Shown one piece after another: positions 62,300 through 64,000 of a stretch of 64,000 bases of DNA. The notes beneath the pieces are model-generated. The model searched no databases, was not told the origin of the DNA, and saw only the letters and a list, made by a program, of their open reading frames with translations. Location of the stretch: positions 92,442,001 to 92,506,000 of the forward strand of contig OZ024745.1 in assembly GCA_964016885.1 (NCBI GenBank), in the 5' to 3' direction. The position numbers and the translations under genes were made by a program. How positions within the stretch are numbered: the stretch's first letter is position 1; every line of letters begins with the position of its first letter. The stretch is from Eledone cirrhosa. Its lineage: Eukaryota.

Positions 62300-63342
62300 A
62301 ATCAACATTAAATTTCAGGACATGGCAGATACAACATCTGAGAAGACAAGACTCTAATGTGAGCTCCAGCACCAGATTTTCTATGTGAAACTACTATAAA
62401 TCGAATGGACAAATCTCTTTTCAAAGCCAATACACAAAACTGGGTAAAGAAGTTTAAGACCTGTAGGATAGTGGAGAGCATCAGTACAATGTCTAAAGAC
62501 GATCTTAGCCACTTTCTAGGGCTCAGGAAGCGTGCACAGGAAGGTGTTGATATGGTCCGAGAGTCTGTTGAACAGACCCAAAATGATTGCTGTGCAGGAA
62601 AAGCTAATCCTTGGGTTTCTCCACAGAAACTTACAGGTTGTCATAGAGAATCATAAGAAGTATTTCTACAGAATACAGACTAAACAAAAGCTTACTGTAG
62701 CTGATAAGACCAAGAAAAAGGCTATGGTTGAGAAAATGCTGGAGAATATGAAAACAACTCAAATTTCGGAATCTGCTGTGGACCTCTGTGGAAGCCCACT
62801 TTCACTTAGAGAGGAAGATCAACTCTGTGAAGAATATGAGAGCTAGAGAATCCTACTGAAATAGCTGTGAAACCACTTCACTCAGCTAAAGACCATGTAT
62901 CCATCTCTAATGAATAAGTTCTGGTTCCAGCAAGATAAAGAAAGCCCTCACACCTCCAATGAGTCACAAGAATGGCTGAAAAATAACTTTGGAAATCGTG
63001 ATTTAAACACCCTAGATTTCTTTCTTTGGGGCTATCTGAAAGACAGGGTATATACCAACAAACTTGGGAGCATCATTGAAAGGAAAACATCAGTGGGGAG
63101 ATCAGAGCCATCCTTAGGTTCTTTTTCTAAATTTCACCATGCCCCTTAACAAATGCATCGATTCAAATGAGAATCACTTGTACTGTAACTTTGGACAGAA
63201 ACAACAGAAGATAGCAAAGTTTTGCTATGTTGTTTTTAATTGTTTGAACTAAATGTATATGGAGTTTCATTAGTTTTTGTCAAAAAATAAATAATGTAGA
63301 CAAAAATAGAAATGGGGTCAGTTTTTTTTTAGTCACTCTGTA
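62300..63342 (+). mobile_element. Degenerate Tc1/mariner (DDD-type) transposon
   Basis: WFQQDKESPHTS...WL...DLNTLDFFLWGYLKDRVY. Right end ...TCACTCTG-TA. Many stops and frameshifts. Confidence 0.8.
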
Positions 63343-64000
63343 TATAGTACCTTATTATTCATATTATATATAACAATAATAACACTTACGGACTATTGTT
63401 ATTTCAATTATTTACATTTTCCAATGACTTATTCAAATTTCGCTCTTTTATTTAAGAAAAAAAAAAATTATTTATACTAGCACACACTGTAAATGTGGTT
63501 GGCGTTAGGAAGGGCATCCAGCCGTAGAAAACCAGCCAGAAACTCTCCTATATGAACGAGACACGGTCACCTCACCAAACTTTCCTCTAATTGGGACAAA
63601 CCCGTCTAACCCATGTTAACATGGAAGATAGACATTAATCGACGATGATGATGATGATGATACCAAGGTTATGAAAAAAAGTTAAAATTTCTCTTTCCAA
63701 TTAGTCAAAATAATAAAAAAGAGTTTTTTAATTAATATATCATCATCATCATCAGCATCACTGTTTAACATCTACCTTCCATGCTAGCATGGGTTAGACA
63801 GGTTGTTCTATTTGAGGCAGGTTGGGTCAGGTGACCGTATCCTGCTCATACAAAACTGTTTCTGGCTAGATTTCTACAGCTTGATGCTCTTCCTAACGCC
63901 AACCACATTTACAATGTGTGCTGGGTGTTTTTTGCGTGACACCTGCATGACCACTTTACAATGTGGACTGGGTGCTTTTTGTCATGTTACCTACACGATA

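Overview
AT-rich, repeat-dense animal genomic DNA. It is not prokaryotic. The SINE/RTE/microsatellite make-up suggests an octopod cephalopod, but that is inference. The only host gene I can support is the 5' part of a divergent Na+/K+-ATPase beta-subunit family gene on the + strand. It has four phase-compatible GT-AG coding exons (17998-18139, 56682-56825, 57727-57831, 62058-62239) and continues beyond the window. Its 38.5-kb first coding intron holds a 200-N gap, a ~20-kb interrupted (TA)n array and several Penelope-like (GIY-YIG) retroelement remnants. A ~2.9-kb 68-bp minisatellite carrying a TGACGTAA (CRE/ATF-like) motif in most units ends ~90 bp before the ATG. The rest is transposon debris: Helitrons, maT-like Tc1/mariner elements, pogo, RTE, CRE and R4/Dong-like LINEs, tRNA SINEs and MITEs. 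The main hidden signal is a set of about nine minimal type-I hammerhead ribozyme motifs from unrelated repeat families. These include a 312-bp tandem retrozyme-like pair, an inverted pair, an extended-stem-II form and a U3-A8 variant. Four lie in sense within the ATPase intron. Nearly all long Y/I-rich ORFs in the ORF track are microsatellite artefacts.
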